Assembly: GCA_041739995.1 (NCBI GenBank)
Contig: JBGSMV010000061.1
Location: 42,102 to 106,101, forward strand
From: Bdellovibrionota bacterium
GTDB lineage: Bacteria; Bdellovibrionota_C; UBA2361; JBGSMV01
Reading direction: 5' to 3'
DNA length: 64,000 nucleotides
Part shown: piece after piece, positions 51,458 through 60,128 of the stretch
How the letters are laid out: the number at the start of each line of letters is the position of its first letter
How positions within the stretch are numbered: the stretch's first letter is position 1
Translations under genes and position numbers: made by a program
Notes under the pieces: model-generated
The model's input: the letters and a program-made list of their open reading frames with translations, nothing else
Databases searched by the model: none
Told to the model about the DNA's origin: nothing

Positions 51458-53545
51458 ATGGAAGTCTTCGCATCCACGAATCACACAGGGGTACGCCTGG
51501 ATCGCCTACTACCGGCGCAACGCTTCGAGGCGCAGGTGCAATCGGTAGTGGAGCGCCTCGTGCACCCGAGCTCGGCGATTTCGCTATACAAGATTGGGGA
51601 GGCCCGCGGCACTGAGCGGCAGCTCCCAATCTATCGCATAACGTCTGGGCCTCTCGATGGTTCCAAGCCGATAGTACTGCTCACTGCAGGAATCCATGGC
51701 GATGAACCAGCCGGTGTGCACGCACTGCTCACATTCGTACAAAGGGATCTCCCGCGATATGCTGATCGAGCCTCGTTTGTCATCTATCCCTGTTTGAATC
51801 CCGGAGGGTTTGATCGGTGTACTCGACGAAATCCCGAATGGATAGATTTGAATCGCACCTTTGCCAGCGAAGAGAATTCGGTTCCACACGAAACCACAGT
51901 TCTTCTCTCCGACATCAAGGGACTTAAGTTCACTGCGTCTCTGCACATCGATCTGCATGAGGACCGCAGATCCATATCGGCAGACGTCTCGAGGGGCGCC
52001 ACGCCCACCGAAGGACTCTACGGGTATGAGACTGCCACGCCTGGGAGTGAGTTTGCAGCGCAGGTGCTAAAGCGCTCAGGGTTCCCGATTACTCAGTCTC
52101 CCGATGCCTATGGCGATTCGTTGAGGGGCGGTGTGGCGTATAGTGCAACTTCGAGCCAAGACTCGATCTTCTGCAAATACCAAGATCTTGAGGGGGCGCT
52201 GTTTCATCGTTTGGCAGTCACTCGGCATGCCATAACCTTTGAGACCGATGGAGATGGCCCACTCGCACAGAGAACGGAACAGCATCTGGCACTCTTGTGC
52301 GGCGCACTCGACGAACACCTCAATCGCCTCACTCAGGTTGCTCCACAGCGGGGTGACACCCCTGTCCACGGTGCTGCGCCAATTCTCGGCTGCCGCCGAG
52401 TGATAGGCGCCGAAGGGGTCGAGTACTTAGCTTCAGCTGCTTCGATTACTCGCCCGACAGTTGGAAGCTTTTACGAACTGCTTCAGGCTGCGGTCGGGCG
52501 CTGCGGCGAGGCGGAATATGTGAAGCTCTGCACAGTCGATTACGAGTCGCGTGCCGGAACTATGCACTTTGACCATGTCATCATTCGCTCCAAAGATATC
52601 AGATCCGAAGACCCCGTGGTGGTGGTGCGAGCGGGAATCCATGGCAGAGAAGTGGATACGTCTCTCGCACTGTTGCATCGCCTTGAAGAGATGTTTGAGT
52701 ACGCACATGCTCGAGGGGTCAAACTCATAGTATTCCCGTTGGACAATCCTTCAGGCTACGAGACGATGAATTATCGTAACGTGGAAGACACAGAGAGAAA
52801 GAGCCATGAGCGATCTGATTGGACTGGGAATAATCTTGGAGTTGTGTACCTCACCCGCGATGGAAGAGAGATCGAGTCCTTTCAAGAGGGCGTGATTGAT
52901 CCGCAAACCGGGAAGCCCTTTGATGTGGTTGGCGTCAGGGATATTCGAGCGGCGCAAGCGAGGTATTTCATTCCCAAGGAGTCTCTCGTTACTCTTGAAG
53001 CCATAGATCAGTTCGTGCCGATGTCACAGGTCAGGGGATTTCTGGATCTGCATCAAGACTGTTTTGGAGTGGAGCCCTTTACCTATCAGTTTGGATTCGG
53101 CAATGAGAATCAGCAGTATGCCCAGATTCTAAAGCACCTTCCTCTTGGTATGAGACGGCTCACGAACCACGACAATGAAAATCACCCGTTTGCACTCGAA
53201 GGCTATCAAGAGTCTGCATTTGCGGTCGGCTCAGGAGGGGCGGCGCGTAATCCCGATAGCGCCATAATCGAGGGCCTTCCATCTACGGCAACAGTTGAGC
53301 CGCAACCGAAGGATGCTGCTGCCGAAATCCGGCAGGTCTCAGATCACCAGGGCTTTATCGTGTGTGAGGACGGGTCGCTCCCGTGCTTGTTCCGTTGGAG
53401 CGGTGTGCCGCATGTTGCTACGATAGAAGTAAGCTCCGTTTGCACCTTGGACCAATCAGAGCAACTATTCCTACGGTGGATCAGAGGATTTGTTGACCTC
53501 GCTGCTGAGTCCCCTCACCCCAATCGAGACCACGAGCTCGGGTAA
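51458..53545 (+). CDS. Tandem M14 (AstE/AspA-like) zinc hydrolase
   Basis: Domain 1: AGIHGDEP, NPGG, DLNR, DLHED, TFET. Domain 2: AGIHGRE, NPSG, DLHQD, TIEV. Confidence 0.8.
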   Translation: MEVFASTNHTGVRLDRLLPAQRFEAQVQSVVERLVHPSSAISLYKIGEARGTERQLPIYRITSGPLDGSKPIVLLTAGIHGDEPAGVHALLTFVQRDLPRYADRASFVIYPCLNPGGFDRCTRRNPEWIDLNRTFASEENSVPHETTVLLSDIKGLKFTASLHIDLHEDRRSISADVSRGATPTEGLYGYETATPGSEFAAQVLKRSGFPITQSPDAYGDSLRGGVAYSATSSQDSIFCKYQDLEGALFHRLAVTRHAITFETDGDGPLAQRTEQHLALLCGALDEHLNRLTQVAPQRGDTPVHGAAPILGCRRVIGAEGVEYLASAASITRPTVGSFYELLQAAVGRCGEAEYVKLCTVDYESRAGTMHFDHVIIRSKDIRSEDPVVVVRAGIHGREVDTSLALLHRLEEMFEYAHARGVKLIVFPLDNPSGYETMNYRNVEDTERKSHERSDWTGNNLGVVYLTRDGREIESFQEGVIDPQTGKPFDVVGVRDIRAAQARYFIPKESLVTLEAIDQFVPMSQVRGFLDLHQDCFGVEPFTYQFGFGNENQQYAQILKHLPLGMRRLTNHDNENHPFALEGYQESAFAVGSGGAARNPDSAIIEGLPSTATVEPQPKDAAAEIRQVSDHQGFIVCEDGSLPCLFRWSGVPHVATIEVSSVCTLDQSEQLFLRWIRGFVDLAAESPHPNRDHELG

Positions 53546-53639
53546 CCCCTCGCCTGTCGCTCGTCAGGCCATGCCGATTGCTTCGCGAAATCTCACTACG
53601 CGAGGTCAAATGCTTTTAGTCTCACCATACCCAGGCGAC

Positions 53640-55571
53640 TTAGCGCGTCAGAACGACTTGATTCGGAAGAGAGATGAGACGCGGAAATCGACCACCTCCA
53701 ACGTTCCAAATCAATGGTGAAAATGCGTCAACGGTTGACGGAGTGCTCAACTGCTGCGCCGAGACGCCGACACCGGCTGAAGTGCCACTTCCACCCTGTG
53801 TCGCATTTGGGTTTGACGATTTCAAGAAGAACGAGTGTTGAATGTCGAGTTCTCCGACCGCGGCCGGCAGACTGCTAAGTGTGCCAACCAGACCTCCGTG
53901 TGGTTCGGGGGAGGAAGACAAAGTGACCGCGCCAGCGGCGTAGCTTGTCTCAATACGAGTTCTGGAATTGACAACCATGTTCTCCAAAAATGGACGAACG
54001 AGACCGATGAGTCCCGAGGTGTCTTGAGATCCGGCAACCGCTCCGATGGAGTAGGAGTCCTTAATCTCAGAAGCCTCAGCGACCCCTATCAATCCTCCTG
54101 TTCCCTTGAATTGGGGGATTGCTGTGGTAGCGACCTCACCTTCTGCATAGGAGCGCTTGACTAAGGAAAGCTGTGACAAGCCAATGAGTCCACCAGTTGC
54201 TTCATTCGGAATGCTAGGAAATGGGCTCGGCAGGTCTGAGCTCACCACTGCCTCCGAATATGACAGACTTAGATTCGAAGAACGAAATAGACCGAACAGG
54301 CCGCCCACCCGACTGGTGCCGTATACGGCACCAGTCGCATTAACCTTTGTCGCTTCACAAAAGATGCATGCTCCGGCGACACCTCCAATCTGTCGTCCGA
54401 TCAGGGATGTGGGGGGTTCTACTAGAACCTCTGCACGTATATCCTCAAGGGTGGCTAGCCCGGATCCAAAAACTCCACCGGCATTGTTGGCGCCGCGTAC
54501 TTGCCCAGATACAAAAATGTTTATGAGATCGCCGGAAACTCCACCCGCGAGGATCCCCACGTTCTGTCCGCCGTTTACCACCGCGTTCTCGATGGAGAGA
54601 TTTCGAACTACTCCATTTACCTGCTTGAAGAGGCCCGCGTTATTCTGCGCCGGTGCTATGGCCGGCACATGTAGATTCGAGATGGTGAATCCGTTGCCGT
54701 CGAAGACTCGCGTAAAGGTCGGGAGGGGCTCCCATTCTCGGCCGGAAAGATCGATGTTCGCACACAGATCGACGATGAATGTCTCTCCTGTACTCAGAGA
54801 GGACGTGGTCCGCAGCGCCTCGAGCTCACTTGCCGAACGGACTGAAATGATGCCGGAGGTGGTGGTCGAGCAGGGGGCCGAGGGGCGTACTAATATCCGG
54901 CGACCCTGAGAGGATTGGTGTTGCGTGACAGTAATGTCGTGAAATCCAACGGAAGCACTCGAAAGATTCACGAACGCTGACCAGAGTCCGCTGGTCGAAC
55001 ATTCCGCAGTCACCGCTCCGGGGGTTATCTGGATCGTGCCGGAATTTGAATTGCAGGTACCGGTGAAATGCACCGCATTGAGTGCCTGTCCATAAAATGT
55101 GGCAAGTCGCGGGGGGGAGGTAATGGAAAGAACTCCTGCGAGACTTGGGGCTCCAGGCACTGGGGTGGGAAGTGGGGTCGGCGTGGCAGTAGGGGTTGGT
55201 TCCCCTGGTACGAGCGATTCGAAGGCAGCTACGCATAGCGGTCGCACTTTGCGACCGGCGCGTTTTGTGGTGGTGCGAACCAGAACGATTTTCCCGCGCT
55301 TCGTGAGGCGCACAATTCTCCGAATCTGTATCCGACCTTTTGGGCGGGCCCGACAAAGGAAGCGGATCCTTCCCCTTTTTACCATCTGAAACACGTCAGG
55401 GGAGGCTAGGATCAACTTGGACTTAATCCGCCAAGTCCTAACCCCCTGGGTTGATCGATTACCGGTCTGCGCAGTTGCGTTGAATGAGAGCAGTAGTACT
55501 CCAAGGAGTAATCCACTCGCCACAGCGATTAGGCGTAAGAGTTGGGAAAAACGAGGATGAAAGCTGCGCAT
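53640..55571 (-). CDS. Secreted GLUG-repeat surface protein
   Basis: Signal peptide, PT linker, FDGNGFTISNL, repeated GGL(I/V/F)G...SY..G.V. Confidence 0.8.
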   Translation of the reverse strand: MRSFHPRFSQLLRLIAVASGLLLGVLLLSFNATAQTGNRSTQGVRTWRIKSKLILASPDVFQMVKRGRIRFLCRARPKGRIQIRRIVRLTKRGKIVLVRTTTKRAGRKVRPLCVAAFESLVPGEPTPTATPTPLPTPVPGAPSLAGVLSITSPPRLATFYGQALNAVHFTGTCNSNSGTIQITPGAVTAECSTSGLWSAFVNLSSASVGFHDITVTQHQSSQGRRILVRPSAPCSTTTSGIISVRSASELEALRTTSSLSTGETFIVDLCANIDLSGREWEPLPTFTRVFDGNGFTISNLHVPAIAPAQNNAGLFKQVNGVVRNLSIENAVVNGGQNVGILAGGVSGDLINIFVSGQVRGANNAGGVFGSGLATLEDIRAEVLVEPPTSLIGRQIGGVAGACIFCEATKVNATGAVYGTSRVGGLFGLFRSSNLSLSYSEAVVSSDLPSPFPSIPNEATGGLIGLSQLSLVKRSYAEGEVATTAIPQFKGTGGLIGVAEASEIKDSYSIGAVAGSQDTSGLIGLVRPFLENMVVNSRTRIETSYAAGAVTLSSSPEPHGGLVGTLSSLPAAVGELDIQHSFFLKSSNPNATQGGSGTSAGVGVSAQQLSTPSTVDAFSPLIWNVGGGRFPRLISLPNQVVLTR

Positions 55572-55844
55572 AGGAACTCCACGTACAATCAATAATATTC
55601 CTCCCCATATCTGCGGATATCAAAAAATGCTTCAAAAATGCATTCGCAAATTATCGAATAAATTCGGGTCGTAGGCGGATTGGGGAGTTTTTTTTGCGCT
55701 GACCAAAGGCTGTCCCGGTGAGGGCGGTGCTCTGTGCCGCTTATGCTCGGAAGCCACTGGCAGCCACGGAGCGGCCCTGGTGAAGTGGCCTTAAGGTCTT
55801 CCCTTGGGGCAATGGAACCGTGCGCCTTTGAATTTTCTTCCACA

Positions 55845-56166
55845 GGCCCCGCCTAAAATGCCGCTGCTTTCAACGAATGAGTTCCTCGACGAAATGCCCC
55901 CCGAGGACTTCAGCGCCTCGCGCCCACCCAATTACCTGTTCCACACCTCGAGCACCGTTCGGCTGAGCTCACGGCCGTGAGCTCAGCCGCTACCAGCTCT
56001 GAGTACCCACTCACACTAAAAAACCCGTCTCTTCGCACCAAGGGGAGCATTCCAACGCTTCTCCGCGCGTCAGTTCATCAGCTCTTTAACCACATGAAAC
56101 AATCCGGCAGAGTTAGAACTGTCTTGGTTCGTTAACTCGATGGGTTAGTTCGATTTTCCTATGCCC
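55845..56166 (+). mobile_element. IS91/ISCR-like right-end remnant (repeat B copy 1 at 55984-56166)
   Basis: 183-bp repeat of 59772-59954 ending GATTTTCCTATGCCC; preceded by a 30-bp perfect palindrome (55960-55989) and an APPKMP... transposase-tail-like frame. Confidence 0.65.
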
Positions 56167-56200
56167 GATTGAAGTTTCAAAATGCGGCATTTTTGTGCAT

Positions 56201-57340
56201 TCAGGAATCACCCTTTGATTTCTTAAATCTCCAGGGAGAAAACCTCTCGGGGGCTTGTTCCGAGAGCCCCGCAGAGAAATTTGCCATCCACCTGCCGATA
56301 AGTGGTGCGAACTTATAGCCAGTGCCACAGAACCCAGTCGCCACTGCTACTCGTTCCGAAATTGCTCCGACGATAAAATCTCCATCAATCGTATTGTCGT
56401 AACAGCAAAGGTCGGCGTCTGAGACGGGTACTCGTTTCAGCTTTGAGTAGAGCGGCATAAATGTTTCAAGAAACAACTCCAGACTCCAAGGAGCTATTTT
56501 CTCCGTGCCAAGATTCGGTGGATTGAATACACCAATCTTTAATCCCGGAGTTGCACCGACCAGCATCGGGTGGCCGTATATTCCAATATCCAGACAAGCG
56601 AAGACTGGCAGTTCCGAGAGCAATGGTGAGGGGCTTTCAGGCAGGCAGTACATCGAGGCTAACGGGCGGTCGAGGTTGAGCTGCAACTCAGGAACCTCGA
56701 TACCGGTCACTTTCTTGAGAACTTCAGGAGCCCAGCGGCCAGCGGCTATGATGAGCTTGGCGGCACTAAGTTTCTCAAGGCCAACGGAGATCTCTATGCC
56801 GGCATTGGAAACTTCGATTTTATCAACAGCAGCATTCTCTAAGTACGGAATTTCGAGCGTCCTAAGTTCAGAGACTAGGCCCGAGCCGATCGCGCCAAGC
56901 TGGAGGACACCGCCGTTCACATCCAAGGTTCCTCGCGCGCAATTAAAACCAGACGGCAGCTCTTCACGCTCTCGAACTGAGAATTCGGCTTTGAGTTCTG
57001 CGAGGGCGTTGGCTGCTCTTCCTGCGTAGGAATCCACCCATGCAAGATTGAGTTTCGGATCCCACAAATTGAGGCACCCGCAGCGCTTTAGTGCAGTCAG
57101 TCCCAATTCTGATTCAAAGGTATCCCACTCGTTGCCAGCTTGCTGAGCAAGCGTAGAGTAGAGAGGGTCAAGATAGTCCTGTCGAAATGAACGGGACTTG
57201 CCACCCGATGCACTGAATGGGTTGAGCAGACTATACTGCTCGATGATGATTACTTTTGCGCCACGCTTTGCGAGGGCACGAGCAGTAAACATTCCCATCA
57301 CACCGCCGCCAAGGATTGCTACGTCATAGGTGCGACTCAT
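56201..57340 (-). CDS. FAD-dependent oxidoreductase, sarcosine/N-methyl-amino-acid oxidase (MSOX/SolA) family
   Basis: ILGGGVMG, ASGGKSRSFR..Y, IAAGRW, CCYDNTIDGDFIVG, GFCGTGYKFAP.IG. Confidence 0.85.
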   Translation of the reverse strand: MSRTYDVAILGGGVMGMFTARALAKRGAKVIIIEQYSLLNPFSASGGKSRSFRQDYLDPLYSTLAQQAGNEWDTFESELGLTALKRCGCLNLWDPKLNLAWVDSYAGRAANALAELKAEFSVREREELPSGFNCARGTLDVNGGVLQLGAIGSGLVSELRTLEIPYLENAAVDKIEVSNAGIEISVGLEKLSAAKLIIAAGRWAPEVLKKVTGIEVPELQLNLDRPLASMYCLPESPSPLLSELPVFACLDIGIYGHPMLVGATPGLKIGVFNPPNLGTEKIAPWSLELFLETFMPLYSKLKRVPVSDADLCCYDNTIDGDFIVGAISERVAVATGFCGTGYKFAPLIGRWMANFSAGLSEQAPERFSPWRFKKSKGDS

Positions 57341-58344
57341 ATTATCTCCTTATAGGCGGCATATCCGACGTATGCGAAGTTGTTTATCGTTTCGGGGGTA
57401 AAGGCTCGTGTCTGGTCATCAGCGAGAATACTCGCCATAGCCGAAGCGTACGTTTTTCCCGATACCTGACGTGCGAGATCGGGATCTATGTCTTGAAGTA
57501 CCTCTACAAAGCGTGGGAGATCGCACGGGTCCTTTGGCAGCAGCGAAAGAAGATCCAAGAAACCTCGACGTTTGACCAAAGATAATCCTGATGACCGCAA
57601 TTCGTTCGACAGCTCACGTGGTTCCGGGAACTGAGCGTTCAGAACTTGGCCGCCCTCGCCCAATGCCAAACCCTCTGGGGTTCTCCTAATGAGAATGGAA
57701 GGCGCGTAACCTAAGCTGCCTTTGTCCAGGGCTTGATAGACTCGAGCTGAGGCCGAACCGTACGCAGAAAGGACGAGAAGGCCCCCTGGCTTCAAGACGC
57801 GTGAGAATTCACGCAGGGCTCCCCGCCAGTCTTCTAGTAGGTTAATGACCGAAAATAGACAGGAGACGCAGTCATAGGAATTGCTTGGAGCGTCCTTTAG
57901 AAAACCCTCGATCGGAGAATTTATCAGCCTTATCTTTGAAGGATCGTCCATCGCAAGGCGAGCAAGCTTCTGTGACGTGATCTCAAGGTATGGCAACGCT
58001 AGATCGACGCCATCAATACACATCCCATATTGAGCCAACAGAGTTAGTTCACGACCAGTACCTGTCCCCGCAACGAGTGTTTTAAGCGAACTTAGGTTGC
58101 GTCCTACCGATTTAATGGAATCGAGCAAGAACGCTTCGTCCTCCTCTCGCATCACGTTTAAGGCAGAGTTCTCTTCCCATTCAACCCTGTCGTAGTCAGG
58201 AGCAAAATCAGATTCGATTTCCTGAGTTGCGCGCTGCCAGTCGCTCAGTATTTCGGGTCGAACCTCAATTTTTATTCCTGAAGAACGGGGTAGGGGGGTG
58301 CTTTGAGAAAGCGAAGTATTTACTGCTCTATTATCTGCGAACAT
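57337..58344 (-). CDS. Class I SAM-dependent methyltransferase
   Basis: LVAGTGTGRE, GVDLA, YDCV, RVLKPGG; ATGA overlap with the oxidase gene. Confidence 0.85.
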   Translation of the reverse strand: MFADNRAVNTSLSQSTPLPRSSGIKIEVRPEILSDWQRATQEIESDFAPDYDRVEWEENSALNVMREEDEAFLLDSIKSVGRNLSSLKTLVAGTGTGRELTLLAQYGMCIDGVDLALPYLEITSQKLARLAMDDPSKIRLINSPIEGFLKDAPSNSYDCVSCLFSVINLLEDWRGALREFSRVLKPGGLLVLSAYGSASARVYQALDKGSLGYAPSILIRRTPEGLALGEGGQVLNAQFPEPRELSNELRSSGLSLVKRRGFLDLLSLLPKDPCDLPRFVEVLQDIDPDLARQVSGKTYASAMASILADDQTRAFTPETINNFAYVGYAAYKEII

Positions 58345-58428
58345 AGCGATCCTGTTAGTTTGATCGCCGTACTTCCCTCTAGTAGTTTTGTTGATTTTAT
58401 TGGTGGATTAGCACCAAACATCAGATAC

Positions 58429-58456
58429 AAAAACGCCAGCTGGAAGCCGGCGTTTT
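58429..58456 (-). terminator. Attenuator terminator
   Basis: On the - strand AAAA-CGCCGGC-TTCCA-GCTGGCG-TTTTT; the G-U pair works only in this orientation. Confidence 0.8.
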
Positions 58457-58481
58457 AAATAAATATCTAATTGCACCAGCT

Positions 58482-58529
58482 TTAGCTTTGATGGGAGAGA
58501 TGATGGTGCTGATGTGGTGTGCGTGACAT
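58482..58529 (-). CDS. His-rich leader peptide MSRTPHQHHHLSHQS
   Basis: 5 His codons in 15; stop codon lies 25 nt before the terminator hairpin. Confidence 0.8.
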   Translation of the reverse strand: MSRTPHQHHHLSHQS

Positions 58530-58536
58530 GCCAGAG

Positions 58537-58565
58537 AATATGCCCACATCTTAACTCAGAGTCAA
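58537..58565 (-). promoter_or_regulatory. Putative sigma70 promoter for the leader transcript
   Basis: TTGACT-N17-CATATT, 7 nt upstream of the leader ATG; no Shine-Dalgarno sequence. Confidence 0.6.
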
Positions 58566-58777
58566 CGTAAATTTTCGGAACCAACAAAAAGTAAGAGTGC
58601 AGACTAGTTAATGTCGGGGTTCAAGTTCCTCCTGAGTGAATTCGACTCGCGCGTCCTTCCAGATTCTGAGCCCTTGTGTTTGAAGCCTGGTCCATCGCGC
58701 CCGCCCGTGGAGCTAGACTCGAATGTCGAATCTGAAAATGTAAATTTCAAGTGACGGAAGCGTGGTGCGGCTTTTCT

Positions 58778-59368
58778 CTACGCTCGTGGGCAGCACACCG
58801 CGTCGACGCTAAGTACGAATACGCTTGCGGTAGCAAACCTCTTAACGGACACCTCGACGCCGACGGGGATTTCTCCCCCCACCAATGACATGGTGGATCG
58901 GACAGTGGCACGAAGATTCGGATCTGGGTTTGGATTTAATGGGTGTGACGCATTCGAACGGAAGCTATGCGTCAGGATGTACTCGTTAGAAGTGTTGCAA
59001 AGTGGTTGTACCGTCAACTCGGATACGACAGGAAAAAAGAAGTTGGTATCGGTAGCGTTAACGATACGGCAGTTTTCAAGTCTAATGCTTCCTGCCGGTC
59101 CTGCGTTACCTGTGGAGCCTTGCGGTCCCTGTGCGCCGGCTTGTCCGACAGGCCCAGCTGGGCCCACACTTTCTTGAGAACCCGGGATCGAAGAGGGTTC
59201 GAGGAGTGTTTCGACTTTCACAAGACTTTCGTTGGCTCTGCATCGCCTGCGAACGAGAAATTTACCAGTCTGAGACTTGCAGATCCCGCTCACTACCGCC
59301 TCAGCTGGAGGAGCGGAGATCGACAAGATAGAGAGAAGAGCGAAAAATGTAACGACATTCCTTATCAC
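58778..59368 (-). CDS. Secreted protein with a short collagen-like repeat
   Basis: Signal peptide ending AEA; about 8 G-X-Y triplets; C-terminal AVCC. Confidence 0.75.
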   Translation of the reverse strand: MIRNVVTFFALLSILSISAPPAEAVVSGICKSQTGKFLVRRRCRANESLVKVETLLEPSSIPGSQESVGPAGPVGQAGAQGPQGSTGNAGPAGSIRLENCRIVNATDTNFFFPVVSELTVQPLCNTSNEYILTHSFRSNASHPLNPNPDPNLRATVRSTMSLVGGEIPVGVEVSVKRFATASVFVLSVDAVCCPRA

Positions 59369-59479
59369 GCTATGTACCTAAGGACGTCTCTAGCGTGCGC
59401 AACATACGATGAATGCGTGAACTTGCACCGGATCTGTAGTTACAGCCCACGGGGTTCTTGCTGCACTGGTCACCCGGGG

Positions 59480-59954
59480 GCTTATCACCGACGAGGTGCC
59501 GGCTCAAATTCTTTCACAGGAGCACGCAGGTTTCGGTGCGCTTGTCCCGCCGAAGCGTACTCGCGAAGGGGGATGGGTAGGGGACCCGTTTACGGAGGAA
59601 GACCGCATTAGGTTTGTTGCGCGCTATATTGAGAGGGGACCTCTCTCGCTCGAGAAGCTTGAGATCGCCAACAACATCGTCGTGTACACCACCAATGACG
59701 GACGCACACACGAGTTGGATGCACTGGAATTCCTGGCGCTCATGTCGTGCCATAACTTGTCCCGCCGAAGCCAGCCGCTACCAGCTCTGAGTACCCTCTC
59801 ACTCTAAAAATCCCGTCTCTTCGCACCATGGGGGGCATTCCAACGCTTCTCCGCGCGTCAGTTCATCAGCTCTTTAACCACATGAAACAACCCGGCAGAG
59901 TTAGAACTATCTTGGTTCGTTAACTCGATGGGTTAGATCGATTTTCCTAAGCCC
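59480..59954 (+). mobile_element. Internally deleted IS91/ISCR-family element: transposase fragment plus repeat B copy 2 (59772-59954)
   Basis: HAGF...WVG...ARYIERGPLSLEKL...ELDALEFLAL..H, typical of Y2 transposases, fused to the ori-like repeat. Confidence 0.75.
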
Positions 59955-60128
59955 AATGCGCGACATGATCGTGTCAACGCTCAGGAGTGCCCAGTGGTAA
60001 GGCGCTCTCGTCCGTTGACGTAGTGACCTAGGGTCGAACGCTATTCGTGCATCTATATACGCACCGAGGCGAGAGCGGAATTTCGCTTCAGAGTTTGGCT
60101 CGATAGCCGTTGCACCATGGTGTGCCGC

